Shown here: piece by piece, positions 25,738 through 35,292 of the stretch | Position numbering within the stretch: position 1 is the first letter of the stretch | How the letters are laid out: each line of letters starts with the position of its first letter | Source: an uncultured Gammaproteobacteria bacterium | GTDB lineage: Bacteria; Patescibacteriota; Patescibacteriia; SG8-24 | Length of the DNA: 64,000 nucleotides | Reading direction: 5' to 3' | NCBI GenBank assembly: GCA_964491475.1 | Contig: CAZBFO010000005.1 | Location: 841 to 64,840 of the forward strand | Position numbers and translations under genes: made by a program | The notes under the pieces: model-generated | The model's input: the letters and a program-made list of their open reading frames with translations, nothing else | Databases searched by the model: none | What the model was told of the DNA's origin: nothing

Positions 25738-28619
25738 ACGAATACCGTTTTCGACAACGCGACTTAAGTCACCACGTCCGCCGCACCGGCAGGACTGGTT
25801 TTTTTAAGCCGTCTTCCGGCAGGCCTTCGACACCACGAACTCGGGGCGGACGCGGCCGAAAAATCCTTTCCTGGCTGCTTATCATCGGCGCGGCTGGTTT
25901 TTTTGCGTCTGCGATAGCAGTCGTGGGCCTGTTGGCGTGGGTCGCCAAGGACTTGCCTGATCCGAACAACATCATCCAGAGGAACGTCGCGCAGACGACC
26001 ACCATCTACGATCGCACGGGAAAAACCGTCCTGTACCAGATTCACGGCGACCAAAAACGGACCGTCGTCGAACTGACCGACATTTCCAAGTACGCCATCA
26101 ACGCCACCATCACCGCCGAAGACCGCGAATTCTACAATCACGGCGGCTTCGATCCGAAGGGGATGTTGCGTGCGCTCTACAACGACGTCTTCCGCCACAA
26201 GAGCGGTACGAACTTGCAGGGCGGTTCCACCATTACCCAGCAGTTCATCAAGAAATCGGTCTTGAGCGACAAGCAGACCCTGACGCGCAAAATCAAAGAA
26301 CTGCTGCTGTCGTTGGAAATCGAGCAAAAGTTCAGCAAGGATCAGATTCTCAAGCTGTATCTCAACGAGATTCCCTACGGATCGGTCTCCTACGGCATCG
26401 AATCGGCGGCGCAGACGTTCCTGGGAAAGAGCGCCAAGGACCTTAGTTTGTCCGAAGCGGCGCTGCTGGCCTCGCTGCCACGCGGCCCGACATACTATTC
26501 GCCGTACGGAAACAACCGTGATGCGCTCATCACCCGTCAGCATTACATCATCGACAGCATGGCCCAGCTCGGCTACGTCTCCAAAGACGAGGCCGAAGAA
26601 GCCAAAAAAGACGACGTCCTTTCGCGTGTCAAACCGAAGCGCGAGGCGATCATGGCGCCGCACTTCGTCTTCTACGTGAAGCAGATGCTCGCGGACGCCT
26701 ACGGCGACAACACCGTCGAAGGCGGCGGCTTGAGCGTCATCACCACGCTCGACGTCACCAAGCAGCAGAACGCGGAGCAGGCGATAGCCGACGGCGCGCC
26801 GATTCTCGCCAAGTGGAAAGCCAACACCGCGGCCATGGCAGCCATCGACGCCCACAGCGGCGACATCCTGGCAATGGTCGGCTCGCCCGACTATTTCGAC
26901 GACGCCAATAACGGAAAGTTCAACAACCTGCTCGGACGCCTGCAACCCGGTTCGTCCATCAAGCCGATCGTCTACGCTTCGGCTTTCGAAAAGGGCTTCA
27001 CGCCTGGCACGGTGGTAGATGACGTGAAGACAGAGTTCAGCACTTCGTCGCAGTCCTACTCACCCAACGACTACGACTCCAAGGAGCGCGGTCCCATCAC
27101 CCTGAAAGAAGCGCTGGCCGGATCGCTGAACATCCCTGCCGTGAAAGTCCTGTACCTCACCGGCTTCGACAAGTTCGAGGACTTCGCCAAGCGCGTCGGC
27201 TACACCACCTTCGGCGATCGCAGCACTTACGGCTTGTCGCTGGTGCTCGGCGGCGCGGAAGTGCGCCCGCTGGAACACATCGACGCCTACACGGCCTTCG
27301 CCCAGGAGGGAATGTGGCACCCCAGCCGCGCCATTCTCAAAGTAACCGACCGAGACGGCAAGGTGCTCGAGGATCACACCGGCGAGGATACCGCCAAGAA
27401 GGCATTCGAGCCGGAAATCGCACGACTGATCACCAACATCATGTCGGACAACAACTTGCGCGCCTACATCTTCGGCGCCAAGAACCACCTGACGCTGGCC
27501 GATCGCCCCGTCGCCGCCAAGACCGGTACCACCAATAACAACAAGGACGCTTGGACCATCGGCTTCACGCCATCGCTCGTGGCCGGCGTCTGGGTCGGCA
27601 ACTCTAAGGGCGGCTTCATGAAGGCAGGCGCGGACGGCAGCATCGTCGCCGCACCCATCTGGAACGAATTCATGACCAAGTCGCTTGCCGGAACGCCGGC
27701 GGAAACGTTCACCGACCCGCAACCGGTCACCACCGGCAAACCGATTCTCGACGGCAACAAGAACGCCCAGGCTTCGGTGAAGGTCGACAAGGCTTCCGGA
27801 AAGCTGGCGACCGACATGACTCCGGCTGACTACGTCGAAGAGCGCTACTACGGCCTGCCCCATTCCATCCTGTACTTCGTCAACAAGGACGACCCGCGCG
27901 GACCCGCGCCTGAACACCCCGAGAATGATCCGCAATTCGCCAATTGGGAAAAGGCCATCAATGACTGGGCCACGAAACAGAACATCGTGACCACCGGCGC
28001 TCCTCCCACGGAATACGACGACATCCACGTGACGGCAAACATCCCTACGGTGAGCTTCGTCAATCCCGTCGACGGCGGTTCCATCTCACAGCGCACGTTC
28101 ACGCCCCAAGTGAGCGCGTATGCGGCCCGCGGAGTAACCAGGGTCCAATACCGCATCGACGGCGAAACCATCGGCGAGGTGTCCAATTACCCGTCGCTCG
28201 GATCAATCCCGATTCCCAATCACATCGGCAAGGGCTTCCACACCCTCACGGCAAATGCCTTCGACGATGTGGGTAACACGGGTACAACGCAGATAACGGT
28301 GAACATCACCGCCGATCCAGGACCGCTGGGCATCGAGTGGTCGTCACCCTACTACTCCCAGGAGATCAGCAAATCGAGCTTCCCCTTCAACATCTCCGTA
28401 AGCGTGGATGATCGACAGAGCATCAATCACCTGGAAGTCACCGCAGTCAACGAGAACGGCGATGCCATCGACATCGGTTCGATAGACCATCCGCCTCTTC
28501 CGAATCTGTCATTCACCTGGAACGACCCGCCGCCAAAAGGAAAATACGACGTCACGATTCACGCGACACTCGTAACAGGGGACGAACGCACGGAAAAAAT
28601 TCCCGTCATCGTAAAGTAG
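25734..28619 (+). CDS. Bifunctional penicillin-binding protein 1A (GT51 transglycosylase + transpeptidase) with C-terminal Ig-like domain extension
   Basis: N-terminal TM, GT51 motifs (ITAEDREFYNHGGFD, GGSTITQQ), transpeptidase SxxK/SxN/KTG region, plus two extra beta-sandwich domains at the C-terminus. Confidence 0.85.
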   Translation: MNEYRFRQRDLSHHVRRTGRTGFFKPSSGRPSTPRTRGGRGRKILSWLLIIGAAGFFASAIAVVGLLAWVAKDLPDPNNIIQRNVAQTTTIYDRTGKTVLYQIHGDQKRTVVELTDISKYAINATITAEDREFYNHGGFDPKGMLRALYNDVFRHKSGTNLQGGSTITQQFIKKSVLSDKQTLTRKIKELLLSLEIEQKFSKDQILKLYLNEIPYGSVSYGIESAAQTFLGKSAKDLSLSEAALLASLPRGPTYYSPYGNNRDALITRQHYIIDSMAQLGYVSKDEAEEAKKDDVLSRVKPKREAIMAPHFVFYVKQMLADAYGDNTVEGGGLSVITTLDVTKQQNAEQAIADGAPILAKWKANTAAMAAIDAHSGDILAMVGSPDYFDDANNGKFNNLLGRLQPGSSIKPIVYASAFEKGFTPGTVVDDVKTEFSTSSQSYSPNDYDSKERGPITLKEALAGSLNIPAVKVLYLTGFDKFEDFAKRVGYTTFGDRSTYGLSLVLGGAEVRPLEHIDAYTAFAQEGMWHPSRAILKVTDRDGKVLEDHTGEDTAKKAFEPEIARLITNIMSDNNLRAYIFGAKNHLTLADRPVAAKTGTTNNNKDAWTIGFTPSLVAGVWVGNSKGGFMKAGADGSIVAAPIWNEFMTKSLAGTPAETFTDPQPVTTGKPILDGNKNAQASVKVDKASGKLATDMTPADYVEERYYGLPHSILYFVNKDDPRGPAPEHPENDPQFANWEKAINDWATKQNIVTTGAPPTEYDDIHVTANIPTVSFVNPVDGGSISQRTFTPQVSAYAARGVTRVQYRIDGETIGEVSNYPSLGSIPIPNHIGKGFHTLTANAFDDVGNTGTTQITVNITADPGPLGIEWSSPYYSQEISKSSFPFNISVSVDDRQSINHLEVTAVNENGDAIDIGSIDHPPLPNLSFTWNDPPPKGKYDVTIHATLVTGDERTEKIPVIVK

Positions 28620-28627
28620 CGATGAGA

Positions 28628-28660
28628 AAAAGAGGTCCGACCGATTGTCGGACCTCTTTT
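28628..28660. terminator. Bidirectional hairpin terminator between PBP1A (+) and dnaN (-)
   Basis: aaaagaggtccgac-cgatt-gtcggacctctttt, perfect 14-bp stem. Confidence 0.7.
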
Positions 28661-28673
28661 AAGTCATCACCCG

Positions 28674-29831
28674 TTACTGCCTGATGGGCATCACGATGTA
28701 CAGGTACTCCTGCATTGCATGTCCGTCCGCATATCCGCGCATCACGCACGGGCTCATGCCGTCGATCAGCTGCAGGATGACATGCTCGGAATCGATGTTG
28801 TTCACTCCATCGAGGAAATACTTGAAGTTCACCGTTATCGACCCCTGCTTGCCCTGTATTGCCCCTCCAAGCTCCACAGCGTGCTCACCGGTCTGATTAT
28901 TGGTACTGGAGAGCCTGATCGATGAGTCTGGCGTAAAGGTAACGAGAATGTCGTTCAATCCCGTTCTGGAGAACAGGCTGGCCGTTTTCACTGCTCGTGA
29001 CAATTCCTCCTTGCTGATCACCACCTCGGTTTCAAACCGGTCGGGGATAAGTTGTCGATAATCGGGATACTTACCCTCAATAGTCCGGGAAATCAGCTCA
29101 ACCGTGTCGTACACGAACTGCACCTGATTGTCGCTGACCTGAATTTCAATATTCGCCGGATTGTCCAAAGCGTCTCGGAAGACGCCCAGGATGCGGATAA
29201 CCTCCGAAACCGTCCGAGAAGGCACAATTATCGAGAATGGCTCGGAAATCTGCGTGCTGACCTTGGTATCGACCGAGATAGTCCTTTCAGCAAGCCTGTA
29301 GCTGTCCGTAGCAGCCAAAATCAAATCTAATCCACCGTCCCTGGGGACAAACTTGAACAAAACACCGCTAATTTCCGGGCGAGACTCATTCGGAGCAACC
29401 GCAAACAGCACCTGTCCGACAGCCTTCTTCAGATCCGCAACCTTCACGGTGAACTTGCGTTGACTCTCAATCGTCGGAATCAGAGGAAACTCGGAGGCGG
29501 CAATGCCATTCAGCTTCGTCTGGTAGGTTCCACAAGCCACTGTGAGCGCGTTACCGGACATTTCCACGTCCACGCGCTCCTTGGGCAGCAAAGAGACGTA
29601 ATCAGCAAACAACTTTGATGGCACCGTGAACTCACCGCCAGCCTCAATCTTCCCGCGAACCGCGCATTTCACGGCAATTTCCAAGTTGGTAGCCATGAAC
29701 CTCAACACTTTGTCGTCCGCCTTGATAAGAACGTTACCGAGGATCGGCAAGTTCACGTTCTTGCCGGCGATGTGGCTCACGATAGAGAGTCCTTGATTCA
29801 AATTTTCTTGCGTGTAGGAAAATTTCATCAC
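28674..29831 (-). CDS. dnaN: DNA polymerase III beta sliding clamp
   Basis: MKFSYTQENLNQGLSIVSHIAGK.., three-domain clamp. The ATG start is probably at 29828. Confidence 0.9.
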   Translation of the reverse strand: MMKFSYTQENLNQGLSIVSHIAGKNVNLPILGNVLIKADDKVLRFMATNLEIAVKCAVRGKIEAGGEFTVPSKLFADYVSLLPKERVDVEMSGNALTVACGTYQTKLNGIAASEFPLIPTIESQRKFTVKVADLKKAVGQVLFAVAPNESRPEISGVLFKFVPRDGGLDLILAATDSYRLAERTISVDTKVSTQISEPFSIIVPSRTVSEVIRILGVFRDALDNPANIEIQVSDNQVQFVYDTVELISRTIEGKYPDYRQLIPDRFETEVVISKEELSRAVKTASLFSRTGLNDILVTFTPDSSIRLSSTNNQTGEHAVELGGAIQGKQGSITVNFKYFLDGVNNIDSEHVILQLIDGMSPCVMRGYADGHAMQEYLYIVMPIRQ

Positions 29832-29975
29832 AACAATATCGTTCTTAAATATATTTATATATTACTGTGGTGGTTGTAGGTGAGTGGATAGCGGGGAAAA
29901 GTCACCTACGATTGCTGGGTTGAGCCACCTGAACCTGTGGAAGCATGTGGGGTACCACGGGAGAACTGGTGGTAC
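29832..29975. promoter_or_regulatory. Candidate oriC part II: AT-rich unwinding stretch plus DnaA-box-like motifs in the dnaA-dnaN spacer
   Basis: caacaatatcgttcttaaatatatttatatattactgtgg (AT-rich 29832-29872) followed by gtggatagc, ctgtggaag and ttccacagg. Confidence 0.4.
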
Positions 29976-29979
29976 AACC

Positions 29980-30025
29980 CGGGGAAAAAGCCAGGGGCAC
30001 CCTGCTTTCCGCAAGGTGCCCCTGG
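29980..30025 (-). terminator. dnaA terminator
   Basis: ccaggggcacc...ggtgcccctgg 11-bp stem followed (minus strand) by cttttt. Confidence 0.6.
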
Positions 30026-30096
30026 TTCTGTCCACCGGACATCCTAGGTTTTTCCCACGGTTGGCCTCACAGCTTCCACAGGTTATGCGCCGCGGA

Positions 30097-31500
30097 CTAT
30101 GTGTTGTACAAGCGCTGCTTGATGAGGTCGAGATCCTGCCGGACCTTCGGACTGGTTTCCAACTCACCTGCAATCTTGGAGTAGGCGTGCATGGCCGTGG
30201 TGTGGTCGCGACCGCCGAGTTCGTGACCGATTGACGGATAGGAGGCGCCGATTTCCTCACGCATCAGGTACATGATGACCTGACGGGGGAAAGCGAGGCG
30301 CTTTTCGCGGCATTTTCCGCTCATATCGGCCACCGTAACGTCGTAGTAGGAGGCAACCGTGTTGACGATGTGCTTGGCCGTGACGTTCTTCTTGGACTGG
30401 GTGGGACCGAAGCTGGAAAGCAGAGTTTTGGCTGCATCTAGCGTCGGTTTGGTGTTCTTGAACTGGTGGTAGGCGATGATTTTGTTGAGTGCACCTTCCA
30501 ATTCACGGACATTGGACTGGATAACTGTGGCAATGTAGCGGACGATTTCGGTATCCAGGTCATAGCTGCGCTCCTTGCACTTTGTTTCAAGGATAGCGAT
30601 GCGGGTTTCAAAGTCCGGGCTGGAGATATCCACCGTCATTCCCCACTCGAAACGGGAGATGAGGCGGTGCTCGAGGGCTGGAATCTGCTTTGGCGGCCGG
30701 TCAGAGGTGAGGACAACCTGCTTATTGTTCTGATGCAGGGCGTTGAAGGTGTGGAAGAACTCTTCTTGAGTGCCATCCTTGCCCGTCAGGAACTGGATGT
30801 CGTCGATCATCAGCAGGTCGACCGAGCGATAGGTGTCCTTGAATTCCTTGCCGCGGCCGCTTTTGACAGCGTGGATAAATTCGCTGGTGAACTTTTCACA
30901 GGTCACATACAGGACTTTGGCCTCCGGATTCTTGGTGAGAAGAGCGTTTCCAATGGCCTGGAGCAAGTGCGTTTTACCGAGACCGACACCGCCATAGACG
31001 AACAGCGGGTTGTACTTAGTGCCCGGATTCTCCGAGACAGCCATGGCCGCCGCGTGCGCCAGTTCGTTTCCCTTACCGACGATAAAGGTTTCAAAGGTGT
31101 ACTTAGCGCTCAACTTATTGTCAGTAGAATACTCTTTTTGCGCTAAGTTATGCGAAGTTTCAGGCCTTACGATAGTAGCAACTTCGTTGGCGGTTGGCGC
31201 GATGACCTGGAACGTTTCCTGGGACAACGGCTTATTGCCGAGGTTCATGGGGCGGACGTCCACCTTGTAAATGATCTCCTTGAAACCGGCGTTACCCACA
31301 GTCTGGAGCGACTTGAGGATAGAAGCGTTGTACTTCTTTTCCAACCAGGCCTTGGTGAACGTGTTGGGAACGCTGATGACGACCCTTTGGCCCTCGCAGG
31401 ACGAGATGAAGGTGTTCTTGAACCACGTGGTGAAGTTCGCCTTGCTCAATGTGAGCTCCAATTCACCGAGAACAGCCTGCCAAAGTTCGTGCGTATTCAT
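30097..31500 (-). CDS. dnaA: Chromosomal replication initiator DnaA
   Basis: True start MNTHELWQAVLGELE.. (ATG complement at about 31500). AAA+ Walker A GGVGLGKTHL, C-terminal HTH (AFPRQVIMYLMRE..), DnaA signature. Confidence 0.9.
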   Translation of the reverse strand: MNTHELWQAVLGELELTLSKANFTTWFKNTFISSCEGQRVVISVPNTFTKAWLEKKYNASILKSLQTVGNAGFKEIIYKVDVRPMNLGNKPLSQETFQVIAPTANEVATIVRPETSHNLAQKEYSTDNKLSAKYTFETFIVGKGNELAHAAAMAVSENPGTKYNPLFVYGGVGLGKTHLLQAIGNALLTKNPEAKVLYVTCEKFTSEFIHAVKSGRGKEFKDTYRSVDLLMIDDIQFLTGKDGTQEEFFHTFNALHQNNKQVVLTSDRPPKQIPALEHRLISRFEWGMTVDISSPDFETRIAILETKCKERSYDLDTEIVRYIATVIQSNVRELEGALNKIIAYHQFKNTKPTLDAAKTLLSSFGPTQSKKNVTAKHIVNTVASYYDVTVADMSGKCREKRLAFPRQVIMYLMREEIGASYPSIGHELGGRDHTTAMHAYSKIAGELETSPKVRQDLDLIKQRLYNT

Positions 31501-31775
31501 AGTATTGATGCGTCGAAAGACAAAGGCGAAAATATTTTGAGGCTGAATACAGTCTAAGACAGCAAAACATATTTGAAAAGCGGCCGAACTGGGCACAGAT
31601 TGTGTACCAATTGTGGATATCTTTCGATTTAAAAGCAAGTGTGGATGCACTGTGGGTTAGTCAACCCCATATGATGTGTTATCAACAGGTTCTTAACACC
31701 ATATGTGGTGTGTCTTGCCAAAAATGGGCAATTCTGGCAGGATAGAGCGACTTCGAATCAGATAAGTGATTTGTT
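31501..31775. promoter_or_regulatory. Candidate oriC part I / dnaA promoter region with DnaA boxes
   Basis: TGTGGATAT (31612-31620), TGTGGATGC (31640-31648), TTATCAACA and TGTGGGTTA in the dnaA-rpmH intergenic region; AT-rich tttcgatttaaaagc. Confidence 0.5.
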
Positions 31776-31913
31776 ATGCCCAAGCGCACACTCCAGCGCA
31801 ACCCGCGCAAGATGAAGAAAAAGCACGGTTTTCTGAACCGCATGCGCACCACCGGTGGCCGCGTCGTTCTCAAGCGTCGCCGCGCCAAGGGTCGCAAGAA
31901 GCTCTCCGTATAA
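31776..31913 (+). CDS. rpmH: 50S ribosomal protein L34
   Basis: [45 protein letters not shown], found by manual translation (too short for the ORF track). Confidence 0.9.
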   Translation: MPKRTLQRNPRKMKKKHGFLNRMRTTGGRVVLKRRRAKGRKKLSV

Positions 31914-31915
31914 AC

Positions 31916-31945
31916 AAAAAAGCCCAATAAAATGGGCTTTTTTGG
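31916..31945 (+). terminator. Hairpin/attenuator after rpmH
   Basis: aaaaaagcccaataaaatgggctttttt. Confidence 0.6.
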
Positions 31946-31957
31946 ACCCATCGGAAC

Positions 31958-32323
31958 GTGCTACAGTGTTTTCATATGTTGGCAAAGTCAGCCCGACTCA
32001 ATGCGGAAAAGGATTACTCACGCCTTTTTTCTAAAGGACGTGCTTTTCATGCGCGCGGCATCATCATGAAGGTCATGAAGAGCAAGGCCGAAGCTACCAA
32101 AGTCGGATTTGTAGTCAGTACGAAGGTGGCAAAGAAGGCCAACGTGCGCAACTTGGTCAAACGGCGCATGCGCGAAATCATCCGAAAGCATTACGCCCAG
32201 ATCGAAAGGGGCCTCGACATAGCCTTCAAGGCAAAAGTCGAGGCAAAATCAATGGAATTTGCGGAGGTGGAAAAGTCGATGCTTGAGCTTCTTTGGAAAG
32301 CAGGCATTTTGCCACGAACATGA
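31958..32323 (+). CDS. rnpA: RNase P protein component
   Basis: Position after rpmH, basic about 115-aa protein (..GFVVSTKVAKKANVRNLVKRRMREI..). The start may be the internal M at 31976. Confidence 0.7.
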   Translation: MLQCFHMLAKSARLNAEKDYSRLFSKGRAFHARGIIMKVMKSKAEATKVGFVVSTKVAKKANVRNLVKRRMREIIRKHYAQIERGLDIAFKAKVEAKSMEFAEVEKSMLELLWKAGILPRT

Positions 32324-32628
32324 GATCGGATCAGTTCCTCGTCTTCAAAATTATTTTTGGACTTCCCAAGATTGCCGTCTTGCAGACTATTCGTTTATAC
32401 CAAAAGCTTTTTTCTCCGGATCACGGTCCTTTGCGAGCGCTGTATCCGTATGGATACTGCAAATTCAAACCGACCTGTTCACAGTACACGTACGAGGCTG
32501 TGGAAAATATGGGGGTAACTCGCGGACTTATCCTCGGTGCCGTGCGCATCATGCGATGCAATCCATGGAACAAAGGGGGATACGATCCGGTTCCCGTGAA
32601 GAGAATGACTGATGCAGATAAAAAATAA
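32320..32628 (+). CDS. yidD: Membrane protein insertion efficiency factor YidD
   Basis: CKFKPTCSQYTYEAVENMG...RIMRCNPWNKGGYDPVP is the canonical YidD motif. Confidence 0.75.
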   Translation: MRSDQFLVFKIIFGLPKIAVLQTIRLYQKLFSPDHGPLRALYPYGYCKFKPTCSQYTYEAVENMGVTRGLILGAVRIMRCNPWNKGGYDPVPVKRMTDADKK

Positions 32629-32651
32629 TGGCTCTAGTGAGCCATTATTTT
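32627..32651. terminator. Bidirectional hairpin between yidD and the DUF167 gene
   Basis: aatggctc-tagt-gagccatt + atttt. Confidence 0.55.
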
Positions 32652-32858
32652 AAATATCTTCTTCGAAGAGGTTTCACCTTTCACCAACAGTACGCGTGAT
32701 TTTGGGACATTCATGTATTCCGCCAACATATCCACAACATCCTTGTTGGCTTTGCCTTTTTCGGGCGCGACGTTGGTCCAGATTTTGAGTGAGCCGTCCG
32801 GGGACGCTTCGACGGCACGCTTGCGGGCGCCTGCTCGCACGGTAACGGTGACCAACAT
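32634..32858 (-). CDS. DUF167 (YggU-like) small protein
   Basis: MLVTVTVRAGARKRAVEASPDGSLKIWTNVAPEKGKANKDVVDMLAEYMNVPKSRVLLVKGETSSKK fits the YggU/DUF167 family. Confidence 0.55.
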   Translation of the reverse strand: MLVTVTVRAGARKRAVEASPDGSLKIWTNVAPEKGKANKDVVDMLAEYMNVPKSRVLLVKGETSSKKIFKIMAH

Positions 32859-32864
32859 ACTCTT

Positions 32865-33737
32865 CTACTTTGCCTTGCCGCGAATCTTTTTCAGAATCGC
32901 CAGGTCGTCAGCGACGTGATCGGGTTCGGTTTCCAAAATCAGGTTCACGTTCTTGAAACCTTTGGAGCCGACGATTGCCTTGAACCCCTCCAGTCCGATG
33001 AAACCTTTGCCGAGATGCTCGTGGCGGTCCTTGTGTTCGCCGATGTCCACCTTGGAGTCGTTGCAATGGGAAAGTTCCAGACGGTCCAGGCCAATGGCTT
33101 TGTCGAATGACTTCATGGTTTTCGTCACCGCGTCGGCATCGCGCAGGTCGTAGCCAGAGGCGAAAGCGTGGGCCGTGTCGAAGCAAACCCCCAACATTTC
33201 GTGATCCGCGCCGGCCAGCATCGCGGCGACCTCCTCGAAGGTGTCGCCCATGACCATGCCGGCGCCGGCCGAAATCTCGATGAGCAGGCGCGTGGTGCCC
33301 TTGTAGCCCTTGAGGATCTTCTTGATGCCCTCGACGACCAGCTTGAGACCCATCTCCTCGCCGACGCCCGAGGCGGAGCCGGGGTGGAACATCATCGCGG
33401 TGACGCCGAGCAGGCTGCCGCGCTCCAGTTCGCCACGCAGGATTTCCACGGAACCGTTGCGGATGCGCTCCTCTTTGGAGGCCAGATTGATGATGTACGG
33501 CGCGTGAATGTAGCACTTCTCAAACGAGTGCTTCTCGCAAAGTTCGCGGAATTTGGTGATTTCTTCCTTGGGTATGGGGCCGACGCGGCTGCCTTGCGGC
33601 GGACGCGAGAAGAACTGGAAGGTTTCGAGGCCGAGCTGGGCCGCGTTCAAGGGTGCGTTGGAAACGCCGCCGGAAGCGGATACGTGTGCGCCGAATTGCA
33701 TAGGGAAAACAAAAGTGGTGAACCTGACGTTCACCAC
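32865..33737 (-). CDS. nfo: Endonuclease IV (AP endonuclease, TIM barrel)
   Basis: Conserved His/Glu/Asp metal ligands (HAPYIINL, HCNDSK, ILETE), about 280 aa. Confidence 0.8.
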   Translation of the reverse strand: MVNVRFTTFVFPMQFGAHVSASGGVSNAPLNAAQLGLETFQFFSRPPQGSRVGPIPKEEITKFRELCEKHSFEKCYIHAPYIINLASKEERIRNGSVEILRGELERGSLLGVTAMMFHPGSASGVGEEMGLKLVVEGIKKILKGYKGTTRLLIEISAGAGMVMGDTFEEVAAMLAGADHEMLGVCFDTAHAFASGYDLRDADAVTKTMKSFDKAIGLDRLELSHCNDSKVDIGEHKDRHEHLGKGFIGLEGFKAIVGSKGFKNVNLILETEPDHVADDLAILKKIRGKAK

Positions 33738-33765
33738 TTTAGCACCAATTGGCAGGAAATCTCCA

Positions 33766-35055
33766 TTACTTCTTACCGGTGGCGGCGTCGCGGAGCATCG
33801 CCAGCACCTTGCGGTTGCGCATCGAGGATCGGACGTAGTCCTGGTAATCCTCGGTGCGAATCTGCTGCTGCGCTTCGGGATTGTTGGCGTAGCGGTTGAT
33901 GAGGTTACCGATCTCGCCCAGCAATTCCTCGTCCGATACCTCCACCTTTTCCTTCTCGCCGATTTCGCGGATGAGGACCGCAGTCTTCACGCGCTTCACT
34001 GCCTGCGGCACGAACTCCATTTTGAGATCCTCTTCGGTCTTCTTGATGTTGAGCAGGTAGTCGGGCCAGGTGGCGCCCTGGTCGGCGACGCCGTGCTTGA
34101 GTTCGTCCAGCATGCGCTTCACTTCGTCGTTGAGGATGACTTCCGGAACGTCTTCGAAGCGTGCCTTCTCGACCAGCTGGTCCAGCACGGCGAGTTCGAC
34201 ACGCTGGGTTTCCTTGGTCTTGGCCTCTTCGAGCATGTTGGTCTTGATGAGCTCGCGCAGCTTGGCGATGCTCTCCTGACCGACCTTCTTGGCGAGCTCG
34301 TCATCGATGGGCGGGTGCTCAAGGTCGTACACTTCCTTGAGCGTCACCGCGAAGTCGACGTCCTTGCCGGCCAAGTTCTTCTGGAAGTGGTCGGGGTTGA
34401 ACTTGAGGGTGAATTCGCGCTTCTCGCCCTCCTTCATTCCCAGCACTTTGTCCCTAAGACCGGGAATGTAATATTCCTCGTTCAGGAAAATCCCGTGGTT
34501 GCGTGCCTGGCCGCCGTCGACGGCGACGCCACCGATGGTCAGGTCCATGTCGACGACAATCTTGTTCTTGTCGGTGGCTTCGTGGCTGGCGCGTACTTCC
34601 TTGGTGTGCATCGATTGCAGCTCCTTGAGCGTGGCTTCGACGGCGCTGTCTTCCACCTTGGGTTCTTTGGTCTCCACCTTGACGGCCTTGTAGTCAGGCA
34701 TGGTGGTCACGTCCGGAACGGCGGCGACGGTGGCGGTGAAAGAGATCGGATTGCCCGGAGCGAGTTTGGTGACCTCGATCTTCGGCTCGCCGTAGCTGTG
34801 CACGTGCTCCTTTACGACGGCGTTGACGTAGTGCTTTCGGATGATGGCGGGCAGGGCGGTTTCGTAGATGGCCATTTCGCCATACGCCTGCTTGACCATG
34901 TCGTAAGTGGCCTTGCCGGGGCGGAATCCCGGCATCGGCTTGTCCTCGGTGAGCTTGCGGGCGGCGTTCTCGAGCTCGTTCTTGACCTCGTCGAGAGACA
35001 CCTCGCAGGTGACTTCGACCATTCCCTTCGGGAGTTTTTTGATGGTGGCAGACAT
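33766..35055 (-). CDS. tig: Trigger factor
   Basis: True start MSATIKKLPKGMVEVTCEV.. (ATG complement 35053-35055); PPIase and C-terminal domains. The N-terminal extension in the ORF track derives from the upstream palindromic repeat. Confidence 0.85.
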   Translation of the reverse strand: MSATIKKLPKGMVEVTCEVSLDEVKNELENAARKLTEDKPMPGFRPGKATYDMVKQAYGEMAIYETALPAIIRKHYVNAVVKEHVHSYGEPKIEVTKLAPGNPISFTATVAAVPDVTTMPDYKAVKVETKEPKVEDSAVEATLKELQSMHTKEVRASHEATDKNKIVVDMDLTIGGVAVDGGQARNHGIFLNEEYYIPGLRDKVLGMKEGEKREFTLKFNPDHFQKNLAGKDVDFAVTLKEVYDLEHPPIDDELAKKVGQESIAKLRELIKTNMLEEAKTKETQRVELAVLDQLVEKARFEDVPEVILNDEVKRMLDELKHGVADQGATWPDYLLNIKKTEEDLKMEFVPQAVKRVKTAVLIREIGEKEKVEVSDEELLGEIGNLINRYANNPEAQQQIRTEDYQDYVRSSMRNRKVLAMLRDAATGKK

Positions 35056-35118
35056 AAAGGCAAAGCAAAATAAGCCGTAATGACTTCGGACTTTAGTCGA
35101 AAAATGATGGAGTGTCAA

Positions 35119-35292
35119 ACCGCGAGCGGCGCAGCCGCGGGGCGGCCGGGGGCTTGAGGGGTCGGTGTCGGATTTGGCCTGCGGGCCAAATCCGCACCTA
35201 AGCCTCGCCAAAAAATCGGCTGCGGCCGATTTTTTGTCTGCGGATTCCCCCTCAAGCCCCCGGCCGCCCCGCGGCTGCGCCGCTCGCGGTTT
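35119..35292. repeat. GC-rich palindromic element (copy C) with about 45-bp terminal inverted repeats and nested hairpins
   Basis: aaccgcgagcggcgcagccgcggggcggccgggggcttgagggg ... cccctcaagcccccggccgccccgcggctgcgccgctcgcggtt. The interior holds ggatttggcc-tgcg-ggccaaatcc and aaaaaatcggc-tgc-ggccgatttttt hairpins. It shares the tcggctgcggccga / ctgcggat core with copy A. Confidence 0.65.

Noticed and set aside
21771-28028. Antisense ORFs within polA (21771..22589, 23391..24368) and PBP1A (25764..26945, 27060..28028), and antisense ORFs within tig (33553..35073) and hppA (36411..37202, 37233..38294)
   Set aside because: All are high-GC shadow frames opposite well-supported genes.
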